The notes: generated from the sequence alone by a model not told the origin. Numbered from the stretch's first letter, positions 1 through 9,970 are shown. The stretch: DNA of 44,442 nt from Candidatus Margulisiibacteriota bacterium (GCA_034723395.1 JAYEOW010000019.1:1-44442); one strand, 5' to 3'. A program made the numbers and translations.

Positions 1-100
1 TCACCCCGTCCCTCGACTCGCTCCGCTCGCTCGGGACACCCCTCTCCATCTTTGATGGAGAGGGGAATGAATTCGCCGAAGGCGAAGAAAGGGGTGAGGT
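1..100. repeat. Multi-hairpin palindromic intergenic element (CCCCTCTCC...GGAGAGGGG / GGGGTGAGG family), truncated at window edge
   Basis: TCACCCC(1-7) pairs with GGGGTGA(91-97). Internal stems: CCCCTCTCCATC(39-50)/GATGGAGAGGGG(54-65) and TTCGCC(72-77)/GGCGAA(81-86). Lies just downstream of the minus-strand operon. Confidence 0.75.
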
Positions 101-113
101 GAGTGAGGTCAGA

Positions 114-2234
114 TTAAATATCAGTAAATTCTCGGAGGATACTTAACATAGCTTTTGTGTTTTCTCCGCCAATTCTGATATCCGGCTGCAGGAGTCCTTT
201 TAAAACGATTTCCCATTTATCTAACGATTCAGAGGATATGTCAGCTTCGACGCCTAAAGCTTCTTTTAGATCTGAATAGCGATTGATCGTTTTCCAAGGG
301 AGATGTTCAGCAAAAAGTTTTTTGGCTTTAGCTAGATCATTATTTGATAGAGACATGCAGGCATGCATGGCGTAAATGAAGGAGCCAAAAGCGAGGTCCA
401 TAAAACCGCCCTTTTCTTTTCCGAGCTCTTTCCATTTGAAGAGCCGGTTCGCCCTCTTCAAGAGGCGTTCAAGCGGTTCTGTGCCGGGTCCGGACCGAGC
501 TTTCCGCAGATCTATTCGCATAAGCCCGAGCCGGGCCTTGACAGCGATAAAGCGGATTTTTGATTTGTCTTCACCTCTCCAAAACAAAGTCGGCTCAAAA
601 CTCTTCCAGCTCCCCAGCCAGAGGGGGATAGAAGTCGTATCCTGTTCCGCGGTCGCCCATTTGTCCACCTTCGAATAAAGCGCTCTTGCTTTATGGTAAA
701 GTTCACGGCGTTCATAAGCTTGCGCGCGGGTGAGGCGGCCGCGGTTTTTATAACCGGGAACAGAATCGGGGCTGACGTTCTGGGCCAATACCATCCAGCG
801 GTTTGAGAGCTTCTTTTCGGCCTGTTTAATCCAGGCAAGCGCTTTCCTCTCTTTTCCAAGCTCAAGATAGAGGTCACAGATCTTTAAGTATATCTCAAAA
901 TATTCCCGGACATATTCGATCTTGGGATGGTAAACCAGGCTTTTATCCGGGCTTTTAAGAGCTTTTTTTAAATGGCGCAGCGCTTTGTATCTATAAGCCT
1001 TTTTATCCTTTTTAAGCGGGGTCAATCGAGCAAGCTCGCGGTAAGCGTCCGCCGCCTGCAGCCTTAATTTGTTATTGACCTGCGGGGTGCGGTTTGAGCT
1101 TATATAGCTCTCCCGATTATTTATAAATGATTGGATTTCTTCTATCTGCCTCGCATTGCTGCCTGTCCAGTAAGTCATTTCGATAACAGGGCAATTGGCC
1201 GGCATAAAGCCAGAGAACAACTGTTTCTGTTCACCGTCGCGGGTAACGATGTTTCCGTCGAGATCTAATTTACCAAGAGCCTGGCGGTATGCTTTTACCG
1301 CTTGATCGTTTTGAATCATAAAGCTGGTAAAATTGCCGTTTCCGTCAGTTTCGGAGAAGTTAAAATAGATAAAACCTTTTATCCTCCAGGCTTTGAAGTG
1401 CTTCATGATCTCGGTAAAGAATTCTGCTTTTTCTGCCGGGGTGCCGCTTGAGCCAAACCTCCCGATCATGAGCGGTTTGCCATGTTTTTTAAGTTGTTTG
1501 ATCGTGGCAGCTATTTGATCCCGAAGCGCGCTGATCGGTTCTCCCTTGTGGTGATAGAAGTTAAGCGCTACCCAATCCACGTATTTATCACCGGGATAGT
1601 ATTGATCTATATTTTCTCCCAGGTTCACGTTCCAGACCCACGTAATGTTACGGCCATACTCGGATACCTTTTCGTGGATGCGGCGGTGGGCCTGGATAAA
1701 AAGTTCGGGCCGTTTTGTCCAGGGTTCAGGCCCGGTGTTCATTCCAGGAGCAAAAGCGACGAAGGCCGGGCCATCGTAAGCAGCAGCTCCTTTGCCATAA
1801 GCGGTGAGTTCCTTGTCGTACTTTCCATTGACAATATCCATCAAAAGGCTCTTCCCGCCTTTCCCTTTCCACGGTTCAAGGGCGATAAAAATCGATCCGC
1901 CGCGATCGCTTACCTGCTCTGCCTCGGCAACCGGGAAGGGCTTATCGGACTGCAGTTCCTTAAAGTTTTGAAAACGGAAGGCGATGTCTACTTTTTCTCC
2001 AAATTTACTTTCGAAGCAAAGAAGGTGCGCCCGGTCCGGCGTATGATTTACCCAGCTGCCAGAATATATTTTTCCGTCGGGAGGAGGCTGGATCTGATGG
2101 GTGGGGGAGCCCTTTTTATAAGGATCGATACAACCTTTTTTAAAACCGTAGGAAGCGCTGCCCAGCGCAAGCAGGGCGGGGAACCCCCATTTAAACGCCC
2201 AGGCACCTATTCTTTTAGTTCTTGCCCATTTCAT
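114..2234 (-). CDS. Membrane-anchored GH26-like domain (catalytic Glu residues replaced) fused to a TPR-like helical C-terminus
   Basis: GH26 motifs LEPW, G-K-Y-D, WVWN, YYPGDKYVDWVA, KPLMIG are present. HEMN is APGMN and GEF is GRF. C-terminal half is Ala/Leu/Tyr helical repeat-like. Start moved to ATG 2234 (ATGA overlap with upstream stop, GGAAGGAG RBS). Confidence 0.75.
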   Translation of the reverse strand: MKWARTKRIGAWAFKWGFPALLALGSASYGFKKGCIDPYKKGSPTHQIQPPPDGKIYSGSWVNHTPDRAHLLCFESKFGEKVDIAFRFQNFKELQSDKPFPVAEAEQVSDRGGSIFIALEPWKGKGGKSLLMDIVNGKYDKELTAYGKGAAAYDGPAFVAFAPGMNTGPEPWTKRPELFIQAHRRIHEKVSEYGRNITWVWNVNLGENIDQYYPGDKYVDWVALNFYHHKGEPISALRDQIAATIKQLKKHGKPLMIGRFGSSGTPAEKAEFFTEIMKHFKAWRIKGFIYFNFSETDGNGNFTSFMIQNDQAVKAYRQALGKLDLDGNIVTRDGEQKQLFSGFMPANCPVIEMTYWTGSNARQIEEIQSFINNRESYISSNRTPQVNNKLRLQAADAYRELARLTPLKKDKKAYRYKALRHLKKALKSPDKSLVYHPKIEYVREYFEIYLKICDLYLELGKERKALAWIKQAEKKLSNRWMVLAQNVSPDSVPGYKNRGRLTRAQAYERRELYHKARALYSKVDKWATAEQDTTSIPLWLGSWKSFEPTLFWRGEDKSKIRFIAVKARLGLMRIDLRKARSGPGTEPLERLLKRANRLFKWKELGKEKGGFMDLAFGSFIYAMHACMSLSNNDLAKAKKLFAEHLPWKTINRYSDLKEALGVEADISSESLDKWEIVLKGLLQPDIRIGGENTKAMLSILREFTDI

Positions 2235-4789
2235 CGTGCTCTCCTTCCAACAATCCTCGACCAGACAACTCTTTGAATGACATCGATAAATAACCATTCC
2301 TTTATCAGATTCCAGGGGGTGTCGTATTGTTTCTTAGCATCAATATTTTGTTCTGCTTTTTTGTAAATTGCCTGGTCTTTGAGATAGCGTGTCCAAGCCC
2401 AGGCGGTTCCTATTCCCATATAGAGCGACCAAACCGTATTCATAAGCAGACCGGTTAACAGGCTTGCTTCAAAAGCGGCGGCAGCTAACCCGGTAACTGC
2501 AAAATATCCGCCAGCAATTATAGAAACTGTTGTAGCGACAAATTTAATTACACTTTGATATCGTTTTGTCCGTTCGCCCGGCCAGATCTTTTCCATGATA
2601 TTTTTAAGGATGATCGATCCGCCGACGGCAATCCCTAACGGCCAGAGCGCGCCGGCTGCGGCGGCAATTGCCCCAGCTTTTCCGGCGAAGGCGGCAATCG
2701 CCATATAGGTTGTTCCGGTTAATCCGGCGGCAAGCGGAACCGCGGTAAACGGCCAAAATACTTTCCGTTTTACCGAAGGCTCAATATTTTTACCCGGCAT
2801 CTGGGCTGTTGAAGCGAATGGCCCGAATCCTTCGTCTTCCATATGGAGGGTCCCCTGGGCGATCGATGGCATATATAGATACCAATAGAAGATATCCTTC
2901 GGCAGGAAGCCGATCGTCCGGCTCGGACTGACCCCTACTTTCCCCATCTGCCTGGAGTACGCTGGCCAGCCGAAAAGCGTTTTCCCCGCCCATATCGTTA
3001 AAAAGAGCATGGTTGCCGGCAGGGGGGTCATACCAAAAAAGATATAGAGAGAAGGGGTAATGGCAAAGGCGTATTTTACAACGGTATCAAAGTACCACGA
3101 GCCGGTATTGATCCATTCATGGCTTTGGGCGGCAGTATAGGTATGTGGAATCTTTTTGCGGGCAAATATTCGTCCAGCCAAAGGAAGTTTCGATAGGGCG
3201 CCGTAAGCGCGATGCCTTACCCATTCATCTTTAACATATTTAAAGGCGAAGGATAAAAAGTAGCCGATCATCGCTCCCCAACGGCGACGTTGTCCGTAAC
3301 CGGCCTTAACCGTTTCGATGGTTGCGGCGATACTTTTTACCTCGGGATCGTACATGGTGTGTTCATCAAATACCAGGGCTTTTTCATGCGCTCCTTGAGC
3401 GTCTTCGGTAATCGTTATTAAGTGCATTAGCTGCGACCATTGCGGCCGTTTTAGTTCGACATCTTCCATCATAAAGAGGCGATCGATCCAGACTGCCCGG
3501 TCCATTCCGTTTGATCCGGTAAAGATCGCTGCCTGCGAAATAAACTTACCTTCTTGTAAGCTATGTCTCCCCTTGGGCATAAACCACGGAGTTTTTCTCC
3601 CTTCCACTTCTCCATGCGGATAAGCAAGGAAGCTGCGCATATCTTCTCCAAAATATCCCAGCTGGTCGTGATAAGGCCAGATTTGGCTCTCAACCTCCGG
3701 CTGTAATGGGGCAAAGTGTTGGGATGCGACTACCTGACTAAGCATCCCATCTTTTACTCCGGATCCGAGATCATCACGCGGATCACCTTCTGGATGCATA
3801 TGAGTAGCATTTTTTTTGTTCTCTTCGGTTCGAGCAGGGAAGGATTGGACTTTTTTATCAAATGGCATCCACTCAACGGCCCCTTCGGTTTTGCCATTGC
3901 TTTCGTTTAAATGCACTAATTTTAATGAGGATCTTACCCGGACAACCGTTGCGTCATATCCATCCTTGAGTTCTAGTCCCTTAACCTTAAATTTGCTTTT
4001 GGAGGTAAGGGTGACCTTTAGATAAAAACGTGGAGAGGTTTTGTCGATAACGGTATCTTCCCCCAGCCCTTCCGGAGCTGGCTTTCTTGATTCTACGCTC
4101 CAGCGTTTGGTAAAAACTTTGGCGGTGTATGGGTCAGTGGAATCGTTCGGATTATGAAAAACTTCGACCTTACCCTGTTTAATTGCTTTGTGCAGACCGT
4201 ACTGGGTGATGTCAAAATCTTCATAGTCTAGATATCTCCTTGCTTCACTTAATTGTTCGCGGTAGTGAACGCGGAGAGTTTTACCTTGGTCAAGAACTTC
4301 AACTCGGTCTGCCCACTGGATATTGGGGATCTGCATATCGGTGAGTTCGATAACCCCGGTCCGGTGGCCATGGGTGAGTTCGAGTTCTTGTTCCCCGCTC
4401 TTTCTTACATGAATAACGTTATCAAGGCTCTTGCCAAGGAGCGGTCGAAGATATGCCCAGATGAAACCTTTGATCTTGCCGACCGAGACCCAGCGCATGG
4501 TTTCGACTTGGCCGTTGTCATCCCGTTTATACACGCCGACAACACATTTGCGGCTTCCGTCAATATTGTTTTCTTTAAAAAACTGTTTTGCCCGCAAGGT
4601 TTCGGCATCGGTAGGGGCCAAGACACCGACATTAGGATGTTCCTCGCTGCCGATTTTGTATCCGAGTTTACGGGCATTCCATAAATAGCGCTTGCCGGTA
4701 AAGCGGGCGGCGGTAAAACGGATCGCCCGGCCGAGCAGCCCGAAACGGATGCTCTGTGGATTGGTATTTTTAATAAATGGGATGGCCAC
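2231..4789 (-). CDS. Cellulose synthase (BcsA)-like GT2, C-terminal catalytic half plus transmembrane helices
   Basis: SQVVASQHF (cf. VQTPQxF), FTGSNG (cf. FCGS), TITED (3401-3409), QRRRW (3278-3292), then WYF..AITPSLYIFFG and several TM segments. No PilZ recognisable. GTG start with GGAGG RBS. Confidence 0.8.
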   Translation of the reverse strand: MAIPFIKNTNPQSIRFGLLGRAIRFTAARFTGKRYLWNARKLGYKIGSEEHPNVGVLAPTDAETLRAKQFFKENNIDGSRKCVVGVYKRDDNGQVETMRWVSVGKIKGFIWAYLRPLLGKSLDNVIHVRKSGEQELELTHGHRTGVIELTDMQIPNIQWADRVEVLDQGKTLRVHYREQLSEARRYLDYEDFDITQYGLHKAIKQGKVEVFHNPNDSTDPYTAKVFTKRWSVESRKPAPEGLGEDTVIDKTSPRFYLKVTLTSKSKFKVKGLELKDGYDATVVRVRSSLKLVHLNESNGKTEGAVEWMPFDKKVQSFPARTEENKKNATHMHPEGDPRDDLGSGVKDGMLSQVVASQHFAPLQPEVESQIWPYHDQLGYFGEDMRSFLAYPHGEVEGRKTPWFMPKGRHSLQEGKFISQAAIFTGSNGMDRAVWIDRLFMMEDVELKRPQWSQLMHLITITEDAQGAHEKALVFDEHTMYDPEVKSIAATIETVKAGYGQRRRWGAMIGYFLSFAFKYVKDEWVRHRAYGALSKLPLAGRIFARKKIPHTYTAAQSHEWINTGSWYFDTVVKYAFAITPSLYIFFGMTPLPATMLFLTIWAGKTLFGWPAYSRQMGKVGVSPSRTIGFLPKDIFYWYLYMPSIAQGTLHMEDEGFGPFASTAQMPGKNIEPSVKRKVFWPFTAVPLAAGLTGTTYMAIAAFAGKAGAIAAAAGALWPLGIAVGGSIILKNIMEKIWPGERTKRYQSVIKFVATTVSIIAGGYFAVTGLAAAAFEASLLTGLLMNTVWSLYMGIGTAWAWTRYLKDQAIYKKAEQNIDAKKQYDTPWNLIKEWLFIDVIQRVVWSRIVGRRAR

Positions 4790-4790
4790 T

Positions 4791-7700
4791 TTACTCTACC
4801 TCCGCAGGTTCATAATGGGTCATATATTCGCCGACCGGTATAAAGCGTTCATATAAGGTTTGTTCAATTAGATGATCTCTAAGACTGATATATTCAAAAT
4901 AGCTGATTTCGTTTTTTCCGTTGTAGGTGACTCCAGCTGGAAGGGTAACCATTCCACGATCATCAACTTTTGGAGCACTATCTTTTATCTCCTGGCTGGA
5001 TTCTTCGTATTCTTTTGGAGAGAGCGGCTTAAAGGCGACGATTGTATCCCAAAGTGAACGATCGACCACTGTTCCGTCCCTGGTTATAATATCCCCATTA
5101 TTGTTGCGACGGGCTATTGTGTATTTTACAAATGGATTAGGCCCGACTTTTTCCGGGTGAATATTGATCTCTGCCCTAGTTCCTTCATAATGTTCTGGAG
5201 CGTTTAGGTGGAGTGGATACCAAAGATAGCGATAGTACTCTTTCTTCTCTCTCGTTGTTTTTCCTTTTTTTGAAACTACGCTGGTATATTTAATCTTTAC
5301 TCTCAAGGCTCGGTCATAAGGACAGTCCGTGTCGGTTTGAGGGGTGACCAGGCGTACGCCTGCTTTTGTATCGATCATTTTCCACTCGGGGACAAAAACA
5401 TTTTCATTTACTCTGCGTAGATTATCAGTTGCATAAACATCTTTAAGCCGTGGGAAGAGCTCTTTTTGCATATTGTAAGGGACGTGTATTTTTCTGCCGG
5501 TTCCGGCTTCGGTTACCTTCAGGGTAAAGAAGGCGATGGTAGGGGAGACCATCATGATTTTATCATTTGGTGAATCGAGCATTTTGCGGTCGGCAGGCAA
5601 CTTGCGCTTCTCCTTAACTCTCCATTGCATGAAGATATATGGGGTTTTCATATCGGCCTCGTAATTGGCCAAAAAGTCGGTAACAATTAAATCGACCTGT
5701 TCGGCATCACTCAATGATTGAAACGGGCCACGATCAAAAAAGAAATATTTTGGATTAAGTTCGGGCAGTTTTACCCAGCGATAGTCGTGTTGGCCGTTTT
5801 TGCCGATTTTTGTTCCTTTGTAATTAGATAAAGGTTCGCAAACCAATAGTTCATCAGCAGGTTCGGCAGTTCCAGCGAGCCAAAGGATTCCATTTTTCAT
5901 ATATTCTTTCCTTCCCATACGGCGGGAGGTAAATTCATTTCGGTTGTTTATATATTGGCCAGTCCCATCTCCGTAGAGGCGGAGCCTTGATCCATTGCGA
6001 TAGACGACGTCGAAAAATTCATTTGCTTCAAGTTGAGGAATGGTTTGATCGAACTGAGTTGGGTATTTACGCAGGTCATGTTTGTGTTGTGCAAAATGGA
6101 CGCTATTATCGATGTAGAGGATATCAGTTTGGTTATCACCGATGGTATGGATTGGCCGATCAACCCATTTGTAGCGATTATCTTCACCGGGACGGCTATC
6201 TACATTTCTAGCTTCACGATAGTTAGCTTCATCTGCCGATTCTCTCCAGATATGTTCATCGTGTTCGGTTTTTAACATGCGGGATACTTTGGTTGGAATT
6301 AATTTTTGATAAAATCTTTGATTTTTAGGATCGTGCATAACTAATGGAATGCCGGTTCCAATATTACGGAGTCCTTCCTGGTAAAGATTGGTGGTTGCTA
6401 TTTTTGCGATACTTTTCCTAAGTAATACATTTTCAAATTGGAAAGGGGGGATCATCATGATTGGAATATTATGTTTGCGATAGAGTTGATCTGTAGCTCT
6501 TTTTAAGATGATTATTACTTCTTCATGAGATGGTTTTAGCATGCTGCTCCCCGGCATATTTTCTCCACCCACCCGGTACGCATCTGCTATTCTCCGAAGC
6601 TGTTCTGCTCTTTCCAGGTTCTCTGTCCCTCCAAGGAATTCCATCCTTCTTCCGAGGGCCCGGTTATGTTCGATATTTGGCTTATCTTTTCCTATATTGG
6701 CTTCGTTTCCAAAGAAACGCGGCCGGTCTGCAAACCCTTTAAAACCCATTGCTCCGAAATTTCCCTGGTACATGGGAGTCCCATTGTTATCGGCACACGG
6801 TTCCATTACATTTCTTGCAAAGCGTTCGTAGAAAGCGGCTAGTGCCTCCAGTGCCCCTACCGTATTTCCTTCTCGATCACATTGTTCAATTTGTTGATAG
6901 GTCTCTTTGATCCATCCCCTGTATCTTGTGTTCATTTCCATCAATTTATTGAGACCCGCGTACATGATGTTGAATCCGCCTTCATGAAGTTGTGGCGACA
7001 TGCCGTTGGTATGGGCCATAGTGGTATTTGTTCCTTGGCGGGTGTGAATGTTTAAGAAGAGGGCGGGGACGATTTCGGGAAAGTTTCCCGGAAATCCTGT
7101 TTTAAAAATAGTTACATGCTGGGATTCGGGAGCCATGGCAGCCGCCATAACATCTTGATCTGTATATATTCTTTGCGGGGTATTTTCAACCAACCGGGCC
7201 GATGTATCCCAGCGCCAGGCGTGTTGGAAACCAAATGCTTCAGCCATAAAGAAAGTAAATGCAGCCAGCAAGTTAAGCGCGTACGTCGGGCCGGCGGCAG
7301 ATACCATGGTTGTTGCCAAAGCTCCAGCGACGGCGAGCTTGGTCGCGGCGGCCAAACCTTTCTTTGGCTTGGTGCTGATCTGGGTCGGGTTAACCAGCTT
7401 TGCGATCGATCGGTGGAGCCCAAAGTAGTAAGCGAGCCCCAATCCCGCGCCAAGCAGCATATCTCCGACAAATGCACCCGGGGTCATCAGATTAAAGGCC
7501 ATTCTTAGGCCGACCCCGGCAGTGATTGAAAAGACAGTTACCGCGCGATAAGCCATATAGGTTGCATTGAAGAATTGAGAAGCATAGGCGAGAAGGATAG
7601 TGATTGCTTTATTGCGGGAGCTCATTTTTTGCAGATCAAGTTTTACAACCCGGCTGTTATTATAAAGCGCTTTACCAATTTCAATGCTTGCCTTAGTGGC

Positions 7701-8408
7701 GGCATAAAGGACTCCTATTCCAAGCAGTCCGGCATAAATAGTTGAAGCGGTAATTTGTAGAGAAGTTGCCGCGAATGGGACGAAGAGTCCGGCAGAAAAG
7801 ATCGCTGCTCCAACCATCATTCCAGCGCCAATAACCGGGGCTACATATTTCTTTAAAATCCGTTTTGGAGTAGGATCACCTGGCCTCCCTTTAAGCGACA
7901 GGCGGAGAGCGGCGATGGCGGTTAAGGTTAAGCTGACAGCTAAAAATCCTTTCCCGGTTAAATTAATGATGTTGTTCTGGATAAATTCCATTAACCCGCC
8001 GAGCAGTGGTGCTTGGGAGATAAATTCACCGGCAGGGGCGGCCATTGCCAGAGTAGAAGTTAATGCAATCGATCCAAAAGTAGCAGCTACTGCAATCGCT
8101 TTTGCGGTCCTGGTTTTAATAAAAGCGCTCAGCCTTTGTCCGACCTGCTGGAGAGCGGTCGGTTTTACCTGAGCAGCATTTTGAGTTTCAGTTGCTATGG
8201 CAGGAGGGGCTGCTTCAAGGTTTGGAGCAGCCATCATATTTTTCGGATCAACCTGTCTAATCTCCGGTCGCCCGATTGGGGTGAGGCGGGGGAGCGCGGC
8301 CGGATTTATGTGATGAAGCGGGCGTCTTGGCGCGGGGATAGGATTGGGGATCGCTGATCCTCTTTTTAGGATTCTATGGTAAAAATATCTGGTTATTGAG
8401 CCCTTCAT
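4791..8408 (-). CDS. Large multi-TM protein, probably the N-terminal half of a BcsA-like GT2 with long insertions
   Basis: Many hydrophobic helices in aa ~100-395. These are followed by MAE..F..W, HVTIFKTGFPGNFPEIV (cf. VDIFIPTYNE..IV), KIGKNGQ (cf. KAGNLN) and FLANYEADMKTP (cf. IFDADHVP), in BcsA order. Confidence 0.55.
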   Translation of the reverse strand: MKGSITRYFYHRILKRGSAIPNPIPAPRRPLHHINPAALPRLTPIGRPEIRQVDPKNMMAAPNLEAAPPAIATETQNAAQVKPTALQQVGQRLSAFIKTRTAKAIAVAATFGSIALTSTLAMAAPAGEFISQAPLLGGLMEFIQNNIINLTGKGFLAVSLTLTAIAALRLSLKGRPGDPTPKRILKKYVAPVIGAGMMVGAAIFSAGLFVPFAATSLQITASTIYAGLLGIGVLYAATKASIEIGKALYNNSRVVKLDLQKMSSRNKAITILLAYASQFFNATYMAYRAVTVFSITAGVGLRMAFNLMTPGAFVGDMLLGAGLGLAYYFGLHRSIAKLVNPTQISTKPKKGLAAATKLAVAGALATTMVSAAGPTYALNLLAAFTFFMAEAFGFQHAWRWDTSARLVENTPQRIYTDQDVMAAAMAPESQHVTIFKTGFPGNFPEIVPALFLNIHTRQGTNTTMAHTNGMSPQLHEGGFNIMYAGLNKLMEMNTRYRGWIKETYQQIEQCDREGNTVGALEALAAFYERFARNVMEPCADNNGTPMYQGNFGAMGFKGFADRPRFFGNEANIGKDKPNIEHNRALGRRMEFLGGTENLERAEQLRRIADAYRVGGENMPGSSMLKPSHEEVIIILKRATDQLYRKHNIPIMMIPPFQFENVLLRKSIAKIATTNLYQEGLRNIGTGIPLVMHDPKNQRFYQKLIPTKVSRMLKTEHDEHIWRESADEANYREARNVDSRPGEDNRYKWVDRPIHTIGDNQTDILYIDNSVHFAQHKHDLRKYPTQFDQTIPQLEANEFFDVVYRNGSRLRLYGDGTGQYINNRNEFTSRRMGRKEYMKNGILWLAGTAEPADELLVCEPLSNYKGTKIGKNGQHDYRWVKLPELNPKYFFFDRGPFQSLSDAEQVDLIVTDFLANYEADMKTPYIFMQWRVKEKRKLPADRKMLDSPNDKIMMVSPTIAFFTLKVTEAGTGRKIHVPYNMQKELFPRLKDVYATDNLRRVNENVFVPEWKMIDTKAGVRLVTPQTDTDCPYDRALRVKIKYTSVVSKKGKTTREKKEYYRYLWYPLHLNAPEHYEGTRAEINIHPEKVGPNPFVKYTIARRNNNGDIITRDGTVVDRSLWDTIVAFKPLSPKEYEESSQEIKDSAPKVDDRGMVTLPAGVTYNGKNEISYFEYISLRDHLIEQTLYERFIPVGEYMTHYEPAEVE

Positions 8409-8432
8409 GTATCCCTACTTCCTTTCTATATA

Positions 8433-8461
8433 TATATCGACAATTTTTGGTGAAAATTTCA
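8433..8461 (-). promoter_or_regulatory. Sigma-28-like promoter motif TGAAA-N16-TCGATATA
   Basis: Upstream of the three-gene GT2/GH26 operon; one of nine copies of the motif. Confidence 0.75.
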
Positions 8462-8553
8462 GATAATTTTGGGGATTAAAGGAGCCTTGGGTTGATCGAA
8501 AAATGGAGCGCGGTAATGCCGAGGCCGTAATAGGCGGCAAAAAAGACCTTTAT

Positions 8554-9900
8554 TTAAATGATCTCTATTTTTTTGGTAAGGGAATCGATCGCGCCGCCGC
8601 CGGCCGGGGAATAAACCATTTTTCTTTCGAAGCTCGAACCTTTATCCAGCTTTCCTCCCAGGAACAGGCACTCGTTCAACAAAGAGTCCTCTTTAATTAT
8701 ATTCGGTCCTTCTCTTTCATAAGGAGCGGGGAAGACTACGCTCCTATAAAGGCGTGAATTCTGGCCGATTTGGCTATTTTCACCAATAACTGAGTTGTCG
8801 ATCCTAACTTTGGGGCCGATTATACAATTATCGGCGATAAGGGAATTATCAATGCGGGCTGACGGATCAATATAAACATTATGCCCGCGCCATCCCCATG
8901 CTTCTCGATGGAATCTGTCCAGACCGCCGTCAATTTTACCGGCTAAAACGTCCATATTGACCTGCCGGATGTCTTCTCCAAAACCAACGTCTCTCCAATA
9001 AAATTGATCCGGGATAATAAATGCGTTGAGCGGGAACCGTAATTGATTTTCCGGTTGACTGAGCCATTTGAAAATGTGCCTTCCCCAGTCTGAAAAGGGG
9101 ACCGGTCCCCCGGGTTGATATAGATCAGGGAAGAGGGGGTCTTCTTTACCTTTTTTAGTCATCATGGTGAGCAATGTTCTTAGCACCAGGGCGTTAAAGA
9201 TATAAATAGAAGAATTAGTAAGGTTGCTCAAGCAGGCATCATTTTGATCATTATCGAAGCGCGGCCTCTTTTCCTGGAATTCGACGATCTTTGCGCTGGC
9301 GTTTTGATTTTCCCTGATCCAGGTTCCTACCGCATCTTCAAATTCAATCTCAGTTCTATAGTTTTTCCGTTCAGGCATCCCCTTTAATCTCACCGTGCCG
9401 AAACGATGGATCTGATCCCAGGGGTAGCGATTAACTGTTATTGTGGCAGCGGCTCCCGAGCTCAGGTGATTTTCTAAAATTAAATCAAGCGGAACATTGT
9501 GGACGATATCCGAACTTTGGACAAGGATGATATTCTCCTGGTTTGAGTCCCAGTCGCGGTTCTTAGCGACGGATGCTACCGGGCCCGCTGTATCCAGCGG
9601 GTCCTGATATCTTTCGCTGATATATTCCGGCCGGAAACCATCTTTGGGTCTGACAATGCGTTCGATGGTATGGGCTAGATGCCAGACTGTAATAAACGCT
9701 CTGTCTAGCCCGATTTTTTTGAGTGGATCGAGGCTGTAATCAATACTGCGTTTGGATCCGATGGGGACCACTGCCTTGGCGATCGGATAGCGGTTGCGCT
9801 GCGGATCGCACACTGCGTTTAGTCTTCCGCCGTATCCACCGCCCAAAATTACGGGTTTTAGCCGGCCTTTCTGTATTAGTGTTGTAAGGTTAATTGCCAT
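8554..9900 (-). CDS. NDP-sugar pyrophosphorylase (mannose-1-P guanylyltransferase/GlgC-like) with C-terminal left-handed beta-helix
   Basis: ILGGGYGGRL, KAVVPIG, DTAG, SSDIV, EFQEK, YWRDVG, and hexapeptide repeats (IDNSLIADNCIIG). Confidence 0.85.
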   Translation of the reverse strand: MAINLTTLIQKGRLKPVILGGGYGGRLNAVCDPQRNRYPIAKAVVPIGSKRSIDYSLDPLKKIGLDRAFITVWHLAHTIERIVRPKDGFRPEYISERYQDPLDTAGPVASVAKNRDWDSNQENIILVQSSDIVHNVPLDLILENHLSSGAAATITVNRYPWDQIHRFGTVRLKGMPERKNYRTEIEFEDAVGTWIRENQNASAKIVEFQEKRPRFDNDQNDACLSNLTNSSIYIFNALVLRTLLTMMTKKGKEDPLFPDLYQPGGPVPFSDWGRHIFKWLSQPENQLRFPLNAFIIPDQFYWRDVGFGEDIRQVNMDVLAGKIDGGLDRFHREAWGWRGHNVYIDPSARIDNSLIADNCIIGPKVRIDNSVIGENSQIGQNSRLYRSVVFPAPYEREGPNIIKEDSLLNECLFLGGKLDKGSSFERKMVYSPAGGGAIDSLTKKIEII

Positions 9901-9920
9901 TGTGTGTTTCCACCTATGAA

Positions 9921-9949
9921 GTTATCGACGTAAACCCAAGGAGATTTCA
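9921..9949 (-). promoter_or_regulatory. Sigma-28-like promoter motif TGAAA-N16-TCGATAAC
   Basis: 20 nt upstream of ATG 9900. Confidence 0.75.
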
Positions 9950-9970
9950 CTATTTTTCAAAAATCTTTTT

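Noticed and set aside
1482..2276. 264-aa plus-strand ORF
   Set aside because: Antisense to the GH26-like gene, with no RBS or recognisable motifs.
2235..2297. ORF-track N-terminal extension of the 727-aa ORF
   Set aside because: Overlaps the upstream gene; ATG 2234 has an RBS and an ATGA coupling.
4780..4800. Frameshift or readthrough joining the two GT2 halves
   Set aside because: Clean TAA, then a GGAGG RBS and GTG start; no slippery run seen.
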